Of a DNA stretch of 64,000 nt, positions 48,137-57,091 are shown in pieces; position 1 is the stretch's first letter, and each line of letters opens with the position of its first letter. Under the pieces are notes generated by a model that had not been told where the DNA came from, searched no databases, and saw nothing but the letters and a program-made list of their open reading frames with translations. The DNA comes from Candidatus Pacearchaeota archaeon (GTDB lineage Archaea; Nanobdellota; Nanobdellia; Pacearchaeales; GW2011-AR1). The stretch lies in NCBI GenBank assembly GCA_041659445.1, contig JBAZYG010000001.1, positions 155,068 to 219,067 of the forward strand, in the 5' to 3' direction. A program made the position numbers and the translations under genes.

Positions 48137-48773
48137 AATTAAAATGAAGAAAAAAAAGGTGACATTCGTTGAGAAAATTTTGTTTTTAAGTTTAGTCTTG
48201 ACTTTGATTTTACCTTTGGCAACTGCAGGTGTTGGTGTTAAATGGAGTAAAGAATCTTCTTTAGTTTCAGAAAATTCAAAAGTTTGTATGTCTTATGATG
48301 TTTATAATCCATGGCCACAAGATACTTATGCTACAATTAGTTTATCTCCGGAATTAATGGAAATTATTGATTATATTGGTTCAGATATTGTTTTCCTTCC
48401 TAATGAGACATCAAGTACAAATGCTATTCCTGTTGAATTTTGTTTTAAAACACCAAAAGTTTATGAAAAAGATTGTTGGGTTGGAGATGTATTTTTTTGT
48501 AAGCAAGATTGTTTAGAAGAAATGAAAACTTATGAAGGTGAAGTGTTGGTAATGGAAACTTCTCCAGATCAATCATCTCAATCTGCACAAGGTTCTGCTA
48601 CTAAAATGTCTGTTTCTGCACCTTTGAGAATTAGAGTTCAATGTGAAGCACAAAATAGAAATTTCAGTGCATTGTATGTTCTTGTTGGACTTATTGCATT
48701 AATATTATTGATAATAAATTTAGTTAAAAACAAGAAAAGCAAGCAAAATAAAAAGATTAAGAAAAAGAAATAA
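48126..48773 (+). CDS. Secreted Cys-containing protein with a C-terminal TM anchor and a poly-Lys tail (215 aa).
   Basis: Signal ...LILPLATA|GV. C-terminus ...ALYVLVGLIALILLIINLVKNKKSKQNKKIKKKK. The true start may be the internal MKKKKV (48144), which contains an A8 tract. Confidence 0.5.
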   Translation: MVHKIKMKKKKVTFVEKILFLSLVLTLILPLATAGVGVKWSKESSLVSENSKVCMSYDVYNPWPQDTYATISLSPELMEIIDYIGSDIVFLPNETSSTNAIPVEFCFKTPKVYEKDCWVGDVFFCKQDCLEEMKTYEGEVLVMETSPDQSSQSAQGSATKMSVSAPLRIRVQCEAQNRNFSALYVLVGLIALILLIINLVKNKKSKQNKKIKKKK

Positions 48774-48779
48774 AATCAT

Positions 48780-49364
48780 ATGATTTCTAAAAATCAAATT
48801 TTTTATAAGACTTTTTTGATTGTGATAATTTTTTTATGCGTTATCTTAATTATTTTTCAAAATTCAAATAATTTTACTGGAAATTATTTATTAAATACTA
48901 CATCTAATGTTTCATTATTTAAATATTATTCAATTGCGTTTAGTGATAATTTGTCTTCTGGAATTGAATTTGGAACAATAGAAAATCTTCCTGCAGTTAG
49001 TGTTAATGCAACATATAATTATTTGGGTTTGAGTAATTCAACAGAATATTTTATTAATGTTTCAAATGATTCAAATACAAATATTGATTTTTGCATAAAA
49101 GCCGACGGAGATTTAGAAAGTATTGCAAGTGATATTTTGGGATTAGGAAATGAAACTTATAATAATGCAACATTCACTAATTTATCCTCGCCCTCGGATA
49201 CAGAGGTTTTGTTGACGACTTCTTATGTTAAATCAGGAAGTAATGTTTTAATTGGTGGAGTAAATTATTATCGTTTTTGGCTTGATGTTCCATCAGGACA
49301 AGCAGCTGGAACATATAACAATACTGTTAATTTCAAAGCAGTTGAAACAGATTATTCTTGTTAA
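48780..49364 (+). CDS. Small secreted protein, paralog family member (194 aa).
   Basis: ...NTNIDFCIKADGDLESIASDILGLGNETYNNAT...YVKSGSNV...YYRFWLDVPSGQAAGTYNNTVNFKAVETDYSC. Collinear with the 47519 protein over its full length. Confidence 0.55.
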   Translation: MISKNQIFYKTFLIVIIFLCVILIIFQNSNNFTGNYLLNTTSNVSLFKYYSIAFSDNLSSGIEFGTIENLPAVSVNATYNYLGLSNSTEYFINVSNDSNTNIDFCIKADGDLESIASDILGLGNETYNNATFTNLSSPSDTEVLLTTSYVKSGSNVLIGGVNYYRFWLDVPSGQAAGTYNNTVNFKAVETDYSC

Positions 49365-49402
49365 TTAGAAAGCATTAAAAATCTGAAATTATTATTTTCT
49401 TT

Positions 49403-50863
49403 ATGATTAAAAAAGAGGTGTTTATTTTTATCTTTATTTTTTGTGTATCTCTTGTGTTTGCAATAACTGGTTATGTTACAGAAGGAAATTCTCCGTCATC
49501 AGTTACTATTGAAGGTTTGAGAATTGTTTATTCTACTTTTAATGGTTCTACAACTAATTTTAATTCCTTGAATACATCTGAATTAAATAATTTATCATTG
49601 ATGACTTTAGAAAAATCTAGTTATGGTAAAGTTATTTTTAATCAAAGTGTTAATTTGACTTTAACTGCAGGAGTGGATAAAATTGTTAATTTTGATTTGG
49701 ATTTGAACATTTCTAATAATTTAATTTATATTGATGATTCGGATTTACCTTATTTAAATAAAACAGTTACTATGTTTTTATATGGTCTTAGTTATACAAA
49801 TCCAAGGATAATTCATAATGGTGTTGTTTGTAGTGATTGTACTAAATTAAGTTATTCTGGAGGTAATTTAACTTTTTCAGCAACTACTTTTAGTGGAACT
49901 TATTATGCACAAGAAACTCCTGTTTCTCCTGTATGTGGAAATGGTGTTTGTGAATCTGGAGAAACTTCTACTAGCTGTTCTGCAGATTGTGGAAGTGGTG
50001 GTGGAGGCGGTGGAGGGGGAGGCGGAGGCGGTGGTGGAGTTACTCCTCCGATGACAACAGGCGTTAGTTTTTACATTGTTCCAGATTTTTTAGCAATTTC
50101 AATGTATAGAGGAGAATATTTTCAAAAAAATATTATTATTGTTAATAACGGAACCGAGGATTTAATAATTGGAGCATTTGTTTCAGGATTAGATAAATTT
50201 GTTTTTCCTCAAGAAGAAATATTTGAAGTTAAAGCTGGACAAAATTATACTTTAAGATTAAATATTTATGTTTCTAGTTCAACAAATATTGATGTTTACG
50301 TCGGTAAGGTTTTATTTCAATCAAAATCACTTGATAAAAGTATTAATTTTATTTTAGATGTTAAAGAAAAAGGGGCGTTATTTGACATTAGAACAAATGT
50401 TACAAAAAGATATGTTCCTCCAGGAAGAGATGTTCTTGCAAAAATTTTAATTATAAATAAAGGAGAATTAAGAAATTTTGATGTTTCTTTAGAATATAAA
50501 ATTTTAGATTTTGAAAATAATAGTTATATGCCCAAACAAGAAGATTTTGCAATAAATGAAACTTTTGCAAATACCTTTTCCTTGCATGTTCCTTCTGATC
50601 TTCCAATTGGACAATATTTATTCTACGCTAAAGTTAATTATGGAAATGTTAGTGCAACTAGTTATGATACATTTATTGTTGAAACAGTTTCATTTTGGTC
50701 TTGGATAATTTTAATAATAGTTATTATAATTTTGATTGCAATAATCTTTTTTATCTTGAGAAAAAGGAAAAAGAAAAAAGAAGGGAAACTTAAACCAAAA
50801 TCATTTTTTAAGAAACCTTCTTTAGTTAAAAGAAAATTAAGATATCCTAAAATAAATGAATAA
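49403..50863 (+). CDS. Surface protein: signal peptide, N-domain, CGNGVCESGE...C..DC knot-like motif, Gly14 linker, two Ig-like segments, C-terminal TM plus basic tail.
   Basis: MIKKEVFIFIFIFCVSLVFA signal. PVCGNGVCESGETSTSCSADCGSGGGGGGGGGGGGGGVTPP. C-terminus FWSWIILIIVIIILIAIIFFILRKRKKKKEGK. Confidence 0.55.
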   Translation: MIKKEVFIFIFIFCVSLVFAITGYVTEGNSPSSVTIEGLRIVYSTFNGSTTNFNSLNTSELNNLSLMTLEKSSYGKVIFNQSVNLTLTAGVDKIVNFDLDLNISNNLIYIDDSDLPYLNKTVTMFLYGLSYTNPRIIHNGVVCSDCTKLSYSGGNLTFSATTFSGTYYAQETPVSPVCGNGVCESGETSTSCSADCGSGGGGGGGGGGGGGGVTPPMTTGVSFYIVPDFLAISMYRGEYFQKNIIIVNNGTEDLIIGAFVSGLDKFVFPQEEIFEVKAGQNYTLRLNIYVSSSTNIDVYVGKVLFQSKSLDKSINFILDVKEKGALFDIRTNVTKRYVPPGRDVLAKILIINKGELRNFDVSLEYKILDFENNSYMPKQEDFAINETFANTFSLHVPSDLPIGQYLFYAKVNYGNVSATSYDTFIVETVSFWSWIILIIVIIILIAIIFFILRKRKKKKEGKLKPKSFFKKPSLVKRKLRYPKINE

Positions 50864-50908
50864 ATCTTTCACCGCAATTCATATAAACTTTGTTTTTAAT
50901 TTAATTTT

Positions 50909-52093
50909 ATGTTAATAGGGCTTGTTGGAAAACCTTCTGTTGGGAAAAGTACATTTTTTAAAGCAGCAACTTTAGCAGAAGTAGAAATTGCAAGTTATCC
51001 TTTCACGACGATAAAAGCAAATCATGGTGTTGGTTATGTCAAAGTAGATTGTATTGATAAAGAATTTAATGTTAAGTGTAATCCGAGTCATGGTTTTTGT
51101 ATTAATCATAAAAGATTTGTGCCAATTGATTTAATGGATGTTGCTGGTTTAGTGCCTGGAGCTTCTGAAGGTAAAGGTTTAGGAAATCAATTTTTGGATG
51201 ATTTAAGACAAGCAGATTGTTTTATTCACATTGTTGATATTTCTGGTGAAACAGACGTCGAAGGAAAACCAACAAAAGGTCATGATCCAAAAGAAGATAT
51301 TTTATTTTTAGAAGAAGAACTTGATAAATGGTATCATGGAATTTTAATAAAAGTATGGACTTCATTTTCAAAAAAAGTAGATAATGAAAAAAGAAAATTT
51401 TCAGAAGCAATTGTTAAACAATTTTCAGGATTAAAAGTTAAAGAAGAACATGTCAAAGAAGTTTTGTTAAAATTAAATCTTCCTGAGAAATCTTCTATTT
51501 GGAGTGAAGAACAAGTTAAATCTTTTGCAAAAAAACTTAGACAAATTTCAAAGCCTATGATTATTGCTGCAAATAAAATAGAACTTAGCGATGGTAAAAG
51601 AAATTACGAGAAAGTTAAAAAAGAATTTCCTGAGTTGAAAATAATTCCTTGCTCTGCAGATTCAGAATTAGCTTTAAGGCAAGCTACGAAAGCAGGTTTG
51701 ATTGAATATATTCCTGGTGAAAATCATTTTGAAATTTTAAAAGAATTAAATGAAAAACAAAAATCTGCTTTGATTAAAATTCAAAAAGAAATTTTGGATG
51801 TTTTTGAATTTGGGACAGGAGTTCAAGAAGTTTTGAATTATGCTATTTTTGATATTTTAAAATATCTTGCAATTTTTCCTGCATCTGCAAATAAATTAGG
51901 AGATAGTAAAGGAAATATTCTTCCAGATTGTTTTTTATTGCCTCCAGATTCAACAGCGTTGGATTTTGCTTTCTATCTTCATACTGATTTTGGTAAAAAT
52001 TTTATTAAGGCAATTAATGCAAGAACAAAAATGGCTCTTGGAAAAGATTACAAATTAAAGAATAGAGATGCTTTAGAAATTATTACAAGATAA
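50909..52093 (+). CDS. Obg-family GTPase of the archaeal YchF/Ygr210-like type.
   Basis: G1 GLVGKPSVGKSTFFKAAT. G3 DVAGLV. G4 NKIE. C-terminal TGS-like domain. 394 aa. Confidence 0.8.
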   Translation: MLIGLVGKPSVGKSTFFKAATLAEVEIASYPFTTIKANHGVGYVKVDCIDKEFNVKCNPSHGFCINHKRFVPIDLMDVAGLVPGASEGKGLGNQFLDDLRQADCFIHIVDISGETDVEGKPTKGHDPKEDILFLEEELDKWYHGILIKVWTSFSKKVDNEKRKFSEAIVKQFSGLKVKEEHVKEVLLKLNLPEKSSIWSEEQVKSFAKKLRQISKPMIIAANKIELSDGKRNYEKVKKEFPELKIIPCSADSELALRQATKAGLIEYIPGENHFEILKELNEKQKSALIKIQKEILDVFEFGTGVQEVLNYAIFDILKYLAIFPASANKLGDSKGNILPDCFLLPPDSTALDFAFYLHTDFGKNFIKAINARTKMALGKDYKLKNRDALEIITR

Positions 52094-52223
52094 TTTAATC
52101 TTTTATTTTGATAGATTAGTCTAATTAAAAGTGGATATAATAAATGTTAAACAACGTTTGGGTTTGAGCTAGAAAGATATTTTCATCTAACTTAATCTTA
52201 TAAAAAAATAGAAACCGAAAAAT

Positions 52224-52544
52224 TTATCGTTTGAAAAATATGCCCCAAGAATCTCTTACACGATTTGGACAAATTACTCTTACTTCTTTTGGTAATGGTC
52301 CTTCACTTAATTCGCCATTTATAATATTTCCTAGTTCCCTTCTTGGTCTAGTGTCAACGAAATTAGCATTTTGTATTGCTGGAATGTCTGTTCCTTGTAG
52401 TACATATGCATCATACATTAATTGCATCCCATCAACTTTTATAAATTTGATTTCTCTGGCTCTAGGATTTAATCTTATTTGCAAATCAATTTCCTCACCA
52501 ATCATATCGTAAGATTCGTTTGCTATTAATTTGTAGTTTTTCAT
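52224..52544 (-). CDS. Hypothetical protein (106 aa).
   Basis: ORF with protein-like composition. Several small-protein families were considered and none matched convincingly. Confidence 0.4.
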   Translation of the reverse strand: MKNYKLIANESYDMIGEEIDLQIRLNPRAREIKFIKVDGMQLMYDAYVLQGTDIPAIQNANFVDTRPRRELGNIINGELSEGPLPKEVRVICPNRVRDSWGIFFKR

Positions 52545-52751
52545 GTTACAATTAGGATAAAATCCTACTTTATAAATCTTTCGATTTATTTACCACTTTA
52601 AAGTTACTCATTAACAACTACAACATCAAAGAATTTTCGGAGATTGAAAATTCACAAGATTACTTACTTCATTGTTATGTCATGCCTTGTAGAATAGTGA
52701 TTACATGAAATTTTCGAAAATTTTTAAAAGCTATGGTGTTTTATTGATTTA

Positions 52752-52964
52752 ATGAAAATTAAGATAAAAGTTCATGCAAATTCTTCACAGGAAAAAATTG
52801 TTAAGATAAATGAAGAAGAATTTGAAGTTTGGATAAAACAAAAACCCATTGATGGAAAAGCAAATATTTTTTTAGAAAAATTATTAAAAAATTATTTTAA
52901 AAAAAGTGTTAAATTAATTAAAGGTATTACTTCGCAAATTAAAATTTTTGAATTTATTGAATAA
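52752..52964 (+). CDS. DUF167/YggU-family small protein.
   Basis: MKIKIKVHANSSQEKIVKINEEEFEVWIKQKPIDGKANIFLEKLLKNYF...VKLIKGITSQIKIFEF fits the YggU pattern (…V.V.A……P.dGkAN…i.G..s..K.…). Confidence 0.6.
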   Translation: MKIKIKVHANSSQEKIVKINEEEFEVWIKQKPIDGKANIFLEKLLKNYFKKSVKLIKGITSQIKIFEFIE

Positions 52965-54015
52965 ACTTTTTTCTTCCTGTTTTTCCTGCTTTTATCTTTA
53001 ATAATTCTACATTACCATTTCTTCTTAGGTTATCTATTTTAAAATAAAATTTAGAACCTAGTTCTCTTTTTATTTCAGACATAGACAAATCATTTCCATA
53101 TTTTGTTCTTAAATTTTCTATTTTTTCATATATGTCAGCTAAATTATATTTATTTCTTCTTTTATTTGATTTCGGTGTTTTTTCATTTAATTGAATATTT
53201 GTTATTTCAAATTCTTTTAAAATATTATAATCTAAACTTCTTGCTTTATGAATTAAATTACATTTTCTCATTTCTTCTGGGGTAAATTTTTCATTGTTTA
53301 ATCTCTCAATTAATGCTTTTGCCAAATAAGAAGAATCTTCTGATTCAATTTCAAAGATTAAATATCCTCTTGCATAATTGAAATCAGTTTCTTTCATAGT
53401 TATTGTTTTATCTTTTTCAGGAGAGACTTTTTTTCCTTTTGTAATCATATCTATAAACTTATTTCCTAATAAATTAGCTAAATTATTCTTTTTTGAATCC
53501 TCTGTTATAGGAGTTAATATATAACATTTATTTCCATGATTAAAAACATAAGAAAATATTTCTTTTTCTTGAGAAGTGTCTTCTAATTCTGAATTTTGAA
53601 CCAATTCTTTTATCTCATCTTTAAGATTATCTATTAATATTCTTTTGCTTTCATCATCTATTCTTGATAGTGTCTTTTTAATTTCTAAAGCATTTTGGAT
53701 ATTTTCTTTTGGAAAATCTTGATAATAACATCTTCTACTCATTGATTGTTCGTCATCCTGTAAATCTACTAAAAGTGCTTCTGAAGATGTGCTGTAATAA
53801 TCTTTTTTTAGATTTGAAAACTTTCCCTGATATTCTGAATTAATTTTACCAGTATCTTTTTCTTTATTTTTCTTTTTTTTAATTATTTCCTTTTGAAGAG
53901 CAGTTATTTCATTACTGTATTTTGTTTCAATTTCTAATAATCTTTCCCTTTGAGATGCCTCTATTTTTCCGTGTTCTGTTTCAAATTTATTAAAAATTTT
54001 ATCTAAATATCTCAT
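52954..54015 (-). CDS. Hypothetical coiled-coil protein (353 aa).
   Basis: K/E-rich helical N-terminal third. No catalytic motif. Confidence 0.45.
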   Translation of the reverse strand: MRYLDKIFNKFETEHGKIEASQRERLLEIETKYSNEITALQKEIIKKKKNKEKDTGKINSEYQGKFSNLKKDYYSTSSEALLVDLQDDEQSMSRRCYYQDFPKENIQNALEIKKTLSRIDDESKRILIDNLKDEIKELVQNSELEDTSQEKEIFSYVFNHGNKCYILTPITEDSKKNNLANLLGNKFIDMITKGKKVSPEKDKTITMKETDFNYARGYLIFEIESEDSSYLAKALIERLNNEKFTPEEMRKCNLIHKARSLDYNILKEFEITNIQLNEKTPKSNKRRNKYNLADIYEKIENLRTKYGNDLSMSEIKRELGSKFYFKIDNLRRNGNVELLKIKAGKTGRKKFIQ

Positions 54016-54125
54016 AAAAATGAGAATTTGCCTTTATTTATAAATGTTTCTATAATCGTAACTATATAATGGTTACATTAATTCAATTAATAATGATTTT
54101 TAAACTCCTTTTGTTTTCTATAATT

Positions 54126-54662
54126 ATGAAATACATCATTGTTTATTTAATAAGGGGCGAAGCAGGGAAATATCATAAGATGCTTGTTAATAATTTCTCT
54201 AAGAAATTTAAGATAAAGAACTTAAATTATCATATTCAAACACATATTACGTTAAAGTATCCTTTTGAAACTAAAAATATTAAAGATATTGAGAAAGTTT
54301 TGATGAATTTTTCTAAAGTGCAAAAATCATCATTAATTAAAATTAAAAAAATTGGACATTTTAGAAACCATGTTCTTTATCTTAAAACAGAATTTTCTAA
54401 AGATTCCAAATTGTTATTTTCGAATTTAATAAAAATTTTGATAAATATTCCTAGAATGAGAGAGAGGAAAATAGATTTGATTGCTAGAGATAATTTTCAT
54501 GCAACTTTAGGATATGCAAAAAGTGAAGTGCAATTTAAGGAAATGTGGGATTTTCTTAAAACTAAGCATTTTAAATTTAATGTTCTTTTTGATAACATAA
54601 CTATACTTAAGAAAAATGATAAAGATAGATGGAGGATTCATAAAATCTTTGAAATAAAATGA
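54126..54662 (+). CDS. 2H phosphoesterase superfamily protein (LigT/ThpR-like 2'-5' RNA ligase / cyclic phosphodiesterase). The ORF track starts at 54069.
   Basis: Two H-x-T/S-x motifs, HITL (…THITLKYPF…) and HATL (…NFHATLGYAK…), at the expected spacing. Start refined to the internal MKYIIVYLIRG. Confidence 0.7.
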   Translation: MKYIIVYLIRGEAGKYHKMLVNNFSKKFKIKNLNYHIQTHITLKYPFETKNIKDIEKVLMNFSKVQKSSLIKIKKIGHFRNHVLYLKTEFSKDSKLLFSNLIKILINIPRMRERKIDLIARDNFHATLGYAKSEVQFKEMWDFLKTKHFKFNVLFDNITILKKNDKDRWRIHKIFEIK

Positions 54663-55051
54663 AATATGAATATGCTTCAGATTTACAAGAACTTGCAGAG
54701 GATATTTCTAAGAAATTGTTTCCTCACGTGATAATGGATAGAGTTAAATGTTATAGGGGTTATGGGACAAGTTCACAAGGAACTATTGCAAGATGTCATA
54801 CAATAAATAAACTGGTTCAAAAAGCACTTGGAATAAAAGCTTATTATATTTTGGAATTTCTGTCTGAAAGGTTTGATAAGTTGCCTAAAGAAGAACAGAT
54901 TAAAATAATCATTCATGAATTAATGCATATTCCCAAGACTTTTGGAGGCGGTTTTAAACATCATGATTTCGTTACAAATAAAAATGTAAATAGTCATTAT
55001 AAATTATATGTCAATTTAAAAGAAAATGAAAAAAATAAAACTTGGTTTTAA
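54659..55051 (+). CDS. Putative HExxH zinc metallopeptidase-like protein (130 aa).
   Basis: IIIHELMHIP motif near the C-terminus. 4-nt overlap with the upstream gene. Confidence 0.5.
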   Translation: MKYEYASDLQELAEDISKKLFPHVIMDRVKCYRGYGTSSQGTIARCHTINKLVQKALGIKAYYILEFLSERFDKLPKEEQIKIIIHELMHIPKTFGGGFKHHDFVTNKNVNSHYKLYVNLKENEKNKTWF

Positions 55052-55388
55052 TTTAAATAACCGAAAAATCTTTTTAGATGCAGTTAAAGTTCCTTGGTGG
55101 TATAAGGGAATTGGATTGATGTTTAAGTCAAAGATAAGAGCCAAAGCTTTATTGTTTGATTTTGAAAAAAAAACAAATATTTCTTTGCATTCTTTTTTTG
55201 TTTTTTTTGATTTTTATGCCTTGTGGCTCGACGATAAAAACAATGTTCTTGAAATTCAAAGAGTAAAACCATTTCAATTATCCGTGAATTCAAAAAAATC
55301 GTTTTTAAAAGTATTGGAAATCCCTATAACAAAAAGGTATTTCAAGTTTTTAAGAACTTATCGACGAGAATTCGAAAGATTTAAATAG
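55026..55388 (+). CDS. DUF192-family protein.
   Basis: …AVKVPWWYKGIGLMFKSKI…FFDFYALWLDDKNNVLEIQ… fits the DUF192 pattern (GLMFR, tandem aromatic, LD…V). 26-nt overlap with the upstream gene. Confidence 0.65.
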   Translation: MKKIKLGFNLNNRKIFLDAVKVPWWYKGIGLMFKSKIRAKALLFDFEKKTNISLHSFFVFFDFYALWLDDKNNVLEIQRVKPFQLSVNSKKSFLKVLEIPITKRYFKFLRTYRREFERFK

Positions 55389-55423
55389 GTTATAGTCGTA
55401 TTTTATTTATAATAGTTATAAAA

Positions 55424-55429
55424 GGAGGT
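55424..55429 (+). promoter_or_regulatory. Shine-Dalgarno-like GGAGGT 5 nt upstream of the small ORF start.
   Basis: Read directly: aaaaggaggttaaaaATGgga. Confidence 0.4.
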
Positions 55430-55434
55430 TAAAA

Positions 55435-55581
55435 ATGGGATCAATAATCGCAAAGAACATTGTGAAAAGAAAGCCAGGTTACCTTTACTATGTAGATGGA
55501 AAAGGAAATGTTTGTGAAGCTAAAATGGCTAGAGGCGGAAAGAAGAAAAAGAAAACTGTAAAGAAAAAGAAAAAAAGATAA
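55435..55581 (+). CDS. Small Lys-rich protein (48 aa), not in the ORF track. Possible nucleic-acid- or ribosome-associated protein.
   Basis: MGSIIAKNIVKRKPGYLYYVDGKGNVCEAKMARGGKKKKKTVKKKKKR. Strong RBS. Located upstream of kae1 and the ribosomal protein genes. Confidence 0.45.
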   Translation: MGSIIAKNIVKRKPGYLYYVDGKGNVCEAKMARGGKKKKKTVKKKKKR

Positions 55582-55638
55582 ATTTTCTTTAAACAGTTTA
55601 TTATTTTTTTATTTTTAATTAATATTTTTTATTTTTTA

Positions 55639-55824
55639 TTAACCTTTATTTGAAATACAACCTTGTTTTTGAAAGCATCCTCCGCAATAAACTAATTCAT
55701 CATCGTGATGACAAATTCTAATTCTTCCATTGTTATTTTTTATCAAGTTTAACCAAAAAGGATGAATTGTTTTTGGAATAAAATGTCTATATAATGTTTG
55801 TTGTATTTTTGAATAACTATTCAA
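55639..55824 (-). CDS. Small hypothetical Cys/His-containing protein (61 aa). Uncertain.
   Basis: …ICHHDDELVYCGGCFQKQGC… may bind a metal. Confidence 0.25.
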   Translation of the reverse strand: MNSYSKIQQTLYRHFIPKTIHPFWLNLIKNNNGRIRICHHDDELVYCGGCFQKQGCISNKG

Positions 55825-55857
55825 TAGATTTTTATATTTATTTTATTTTATTTTTTT

Positions 55858-56847
55858 ATGTTAATCATCCTTGGAATTGAATCTACTGCACACACTTTTG
55901 GAATTGGAATTGTGAAAAATGGAAAAATTCTTTCAAATGTTCGAGATATGTATACCACTGAATCTGGAGGAATTATTCCAATAGATTCTGCAAAACACCA
56001 TCGTGAATGTTGTGAAAATATTTATAAAAAGTCTTTAGAAGATGCAAAAATTTCAGAAAATAAAATTGATGCAATTGCTTTTTCCCAAGGTCCGGGTTTG
56101 GCTCCTTGTTTGTTGGAAGGAATTAAATTTGCAAAAAAAATTTCTAAAAAATTAAACAAACCATTAATTCCAGTTAATCATTGTGTTGCACATCTTGAAA
56201 TTGGACGAGTTACAAATGCTAAAGACCCTGTTTTACTTTATGTTTCAGGAGCAAATACTCAAGTGATTGCTTATGCTGCTGGAAAATATCGTGTGTTTGG
56301 AGAAACGTTAGATATTGGTGTTGGAAATTTTATTGATAATTTTGCTCGTTATGCAAACATTGGTTTTCCAGGTGGACCTAAAATAGAAAAACTTGCATTA
56401 GAAAGTAAAAATTATATTGAATTGCCGTATAAAGTAAAAGGAATGGATGTTGCATTGTCTGGGATTTTAACAAATCTTCATCAAAAATTAAAATCTGGAA
56501 ATTATAAAATTGAAGATTTGTCTTATTCAATGCAAGAAACTGTTTTTGCAATGCTTGTTGAAACTGCAGAAAGAGCTTTGGCTCACGTCGGTAAAAAAGA
56601 ATTGTTGCTTGGAGGAGGTGTTGCTTGTAATTCTAGATTGCAAGAAATGTGTAAAATAATGTGTGAACAAAGAGGATGTAAATTTTTTGTGCCAGAAAAA
56701 TCTTTGCTTGTTGATAATGGTGCAATGATTGCGTATCTCGGAGAAATAATGTTTAAAAAAGGAATTAAATTTCTTGAAAAAGATTTTGATAAATTAGATA
56801 TTCTTCCGAGACAACGTACAGATGATGTGATTGTGAATTGGAAATAA
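55858..56847 (+). CDS. kae1: tRNA N6-adenosine threonylcarbamoyltransferase Kae1 (KEOPS catalytic subunit), not fused to Bud32.
   Basis: LGIESTAHTFGIGIV…, …YVSGANTQVIA…, …GGGVACNSRL… are the Kae1/TsaD/Qri7 signature regions. 329 aa. Confidence 0.9.
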   Translation: MLIILGIESTAHTFGIGIVKNGKILSNVRDMYTTESGGIIPIDSAKHHRECCENIYKKSLEDAKISENKIDAIAFSQGPGLAPCLLEGIKFAKKISKKLNKPLIPVNHCVAHLEIGRVTNAKDPVLLYVSGANTQVIAYAAGKYRVFGETLDIGVGNFIDNFARYANIGFPGGPKIEKLALESKNYIELPYKVKGMDVALSGILTNLHQKLKSGNYKIEDLSYSMQETVFAMLVETAERALAHVGKKELLLGGGVACNSRLQEMCKIMCEQRGCKFFVPEKSLLVDNGAMIAYLGEIMFKKGIKFLEKDFDKLDILPRQRTDDVIVNWK

Positions 56848-56848
56848 T

Positions 56849-57091
56849 TTAATTTAAATCATATGGTGGGATTATTGGTTGGTCCAACCCCGCGATATAT
56901 TCATCTTTTATCATTTTTTCAATATCCACTTCTTCAATCGATAAAATTTCTAAATTTTTTTTGCAAATTCTCTTGAATAATCCAACAATTCCAAAATTTT
57001 GCTCTTTAATTCTTGTACTTACTTTTGCTCCAATTTTTATTCTTCCTCTTAATTTTCCTATTTTTCCACCCCACAATTCCCAATCTGACAT
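56849..57091 (-). CDS. Hypothetical protein. The frame stays open ~48 codons upstream of the ATG with no alternative start, so this is a possible N-terminally truncated or alternative-start gene.
   Basis: The upstream in-frame region reads …DFGIKVIEKGNSTIYCIDSEKNIHGFYREGLRHY|MSDWELW… until a TAA. Confidence 0.3.
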   Translation of the reverse strand: MSDWELWGGKIGKLRGRIKIGAKVSTRIKEQNFGIVGLFKRICKKNLEILSIEEVDIEKMIKDEYIAGLDQPIIPPYDLN

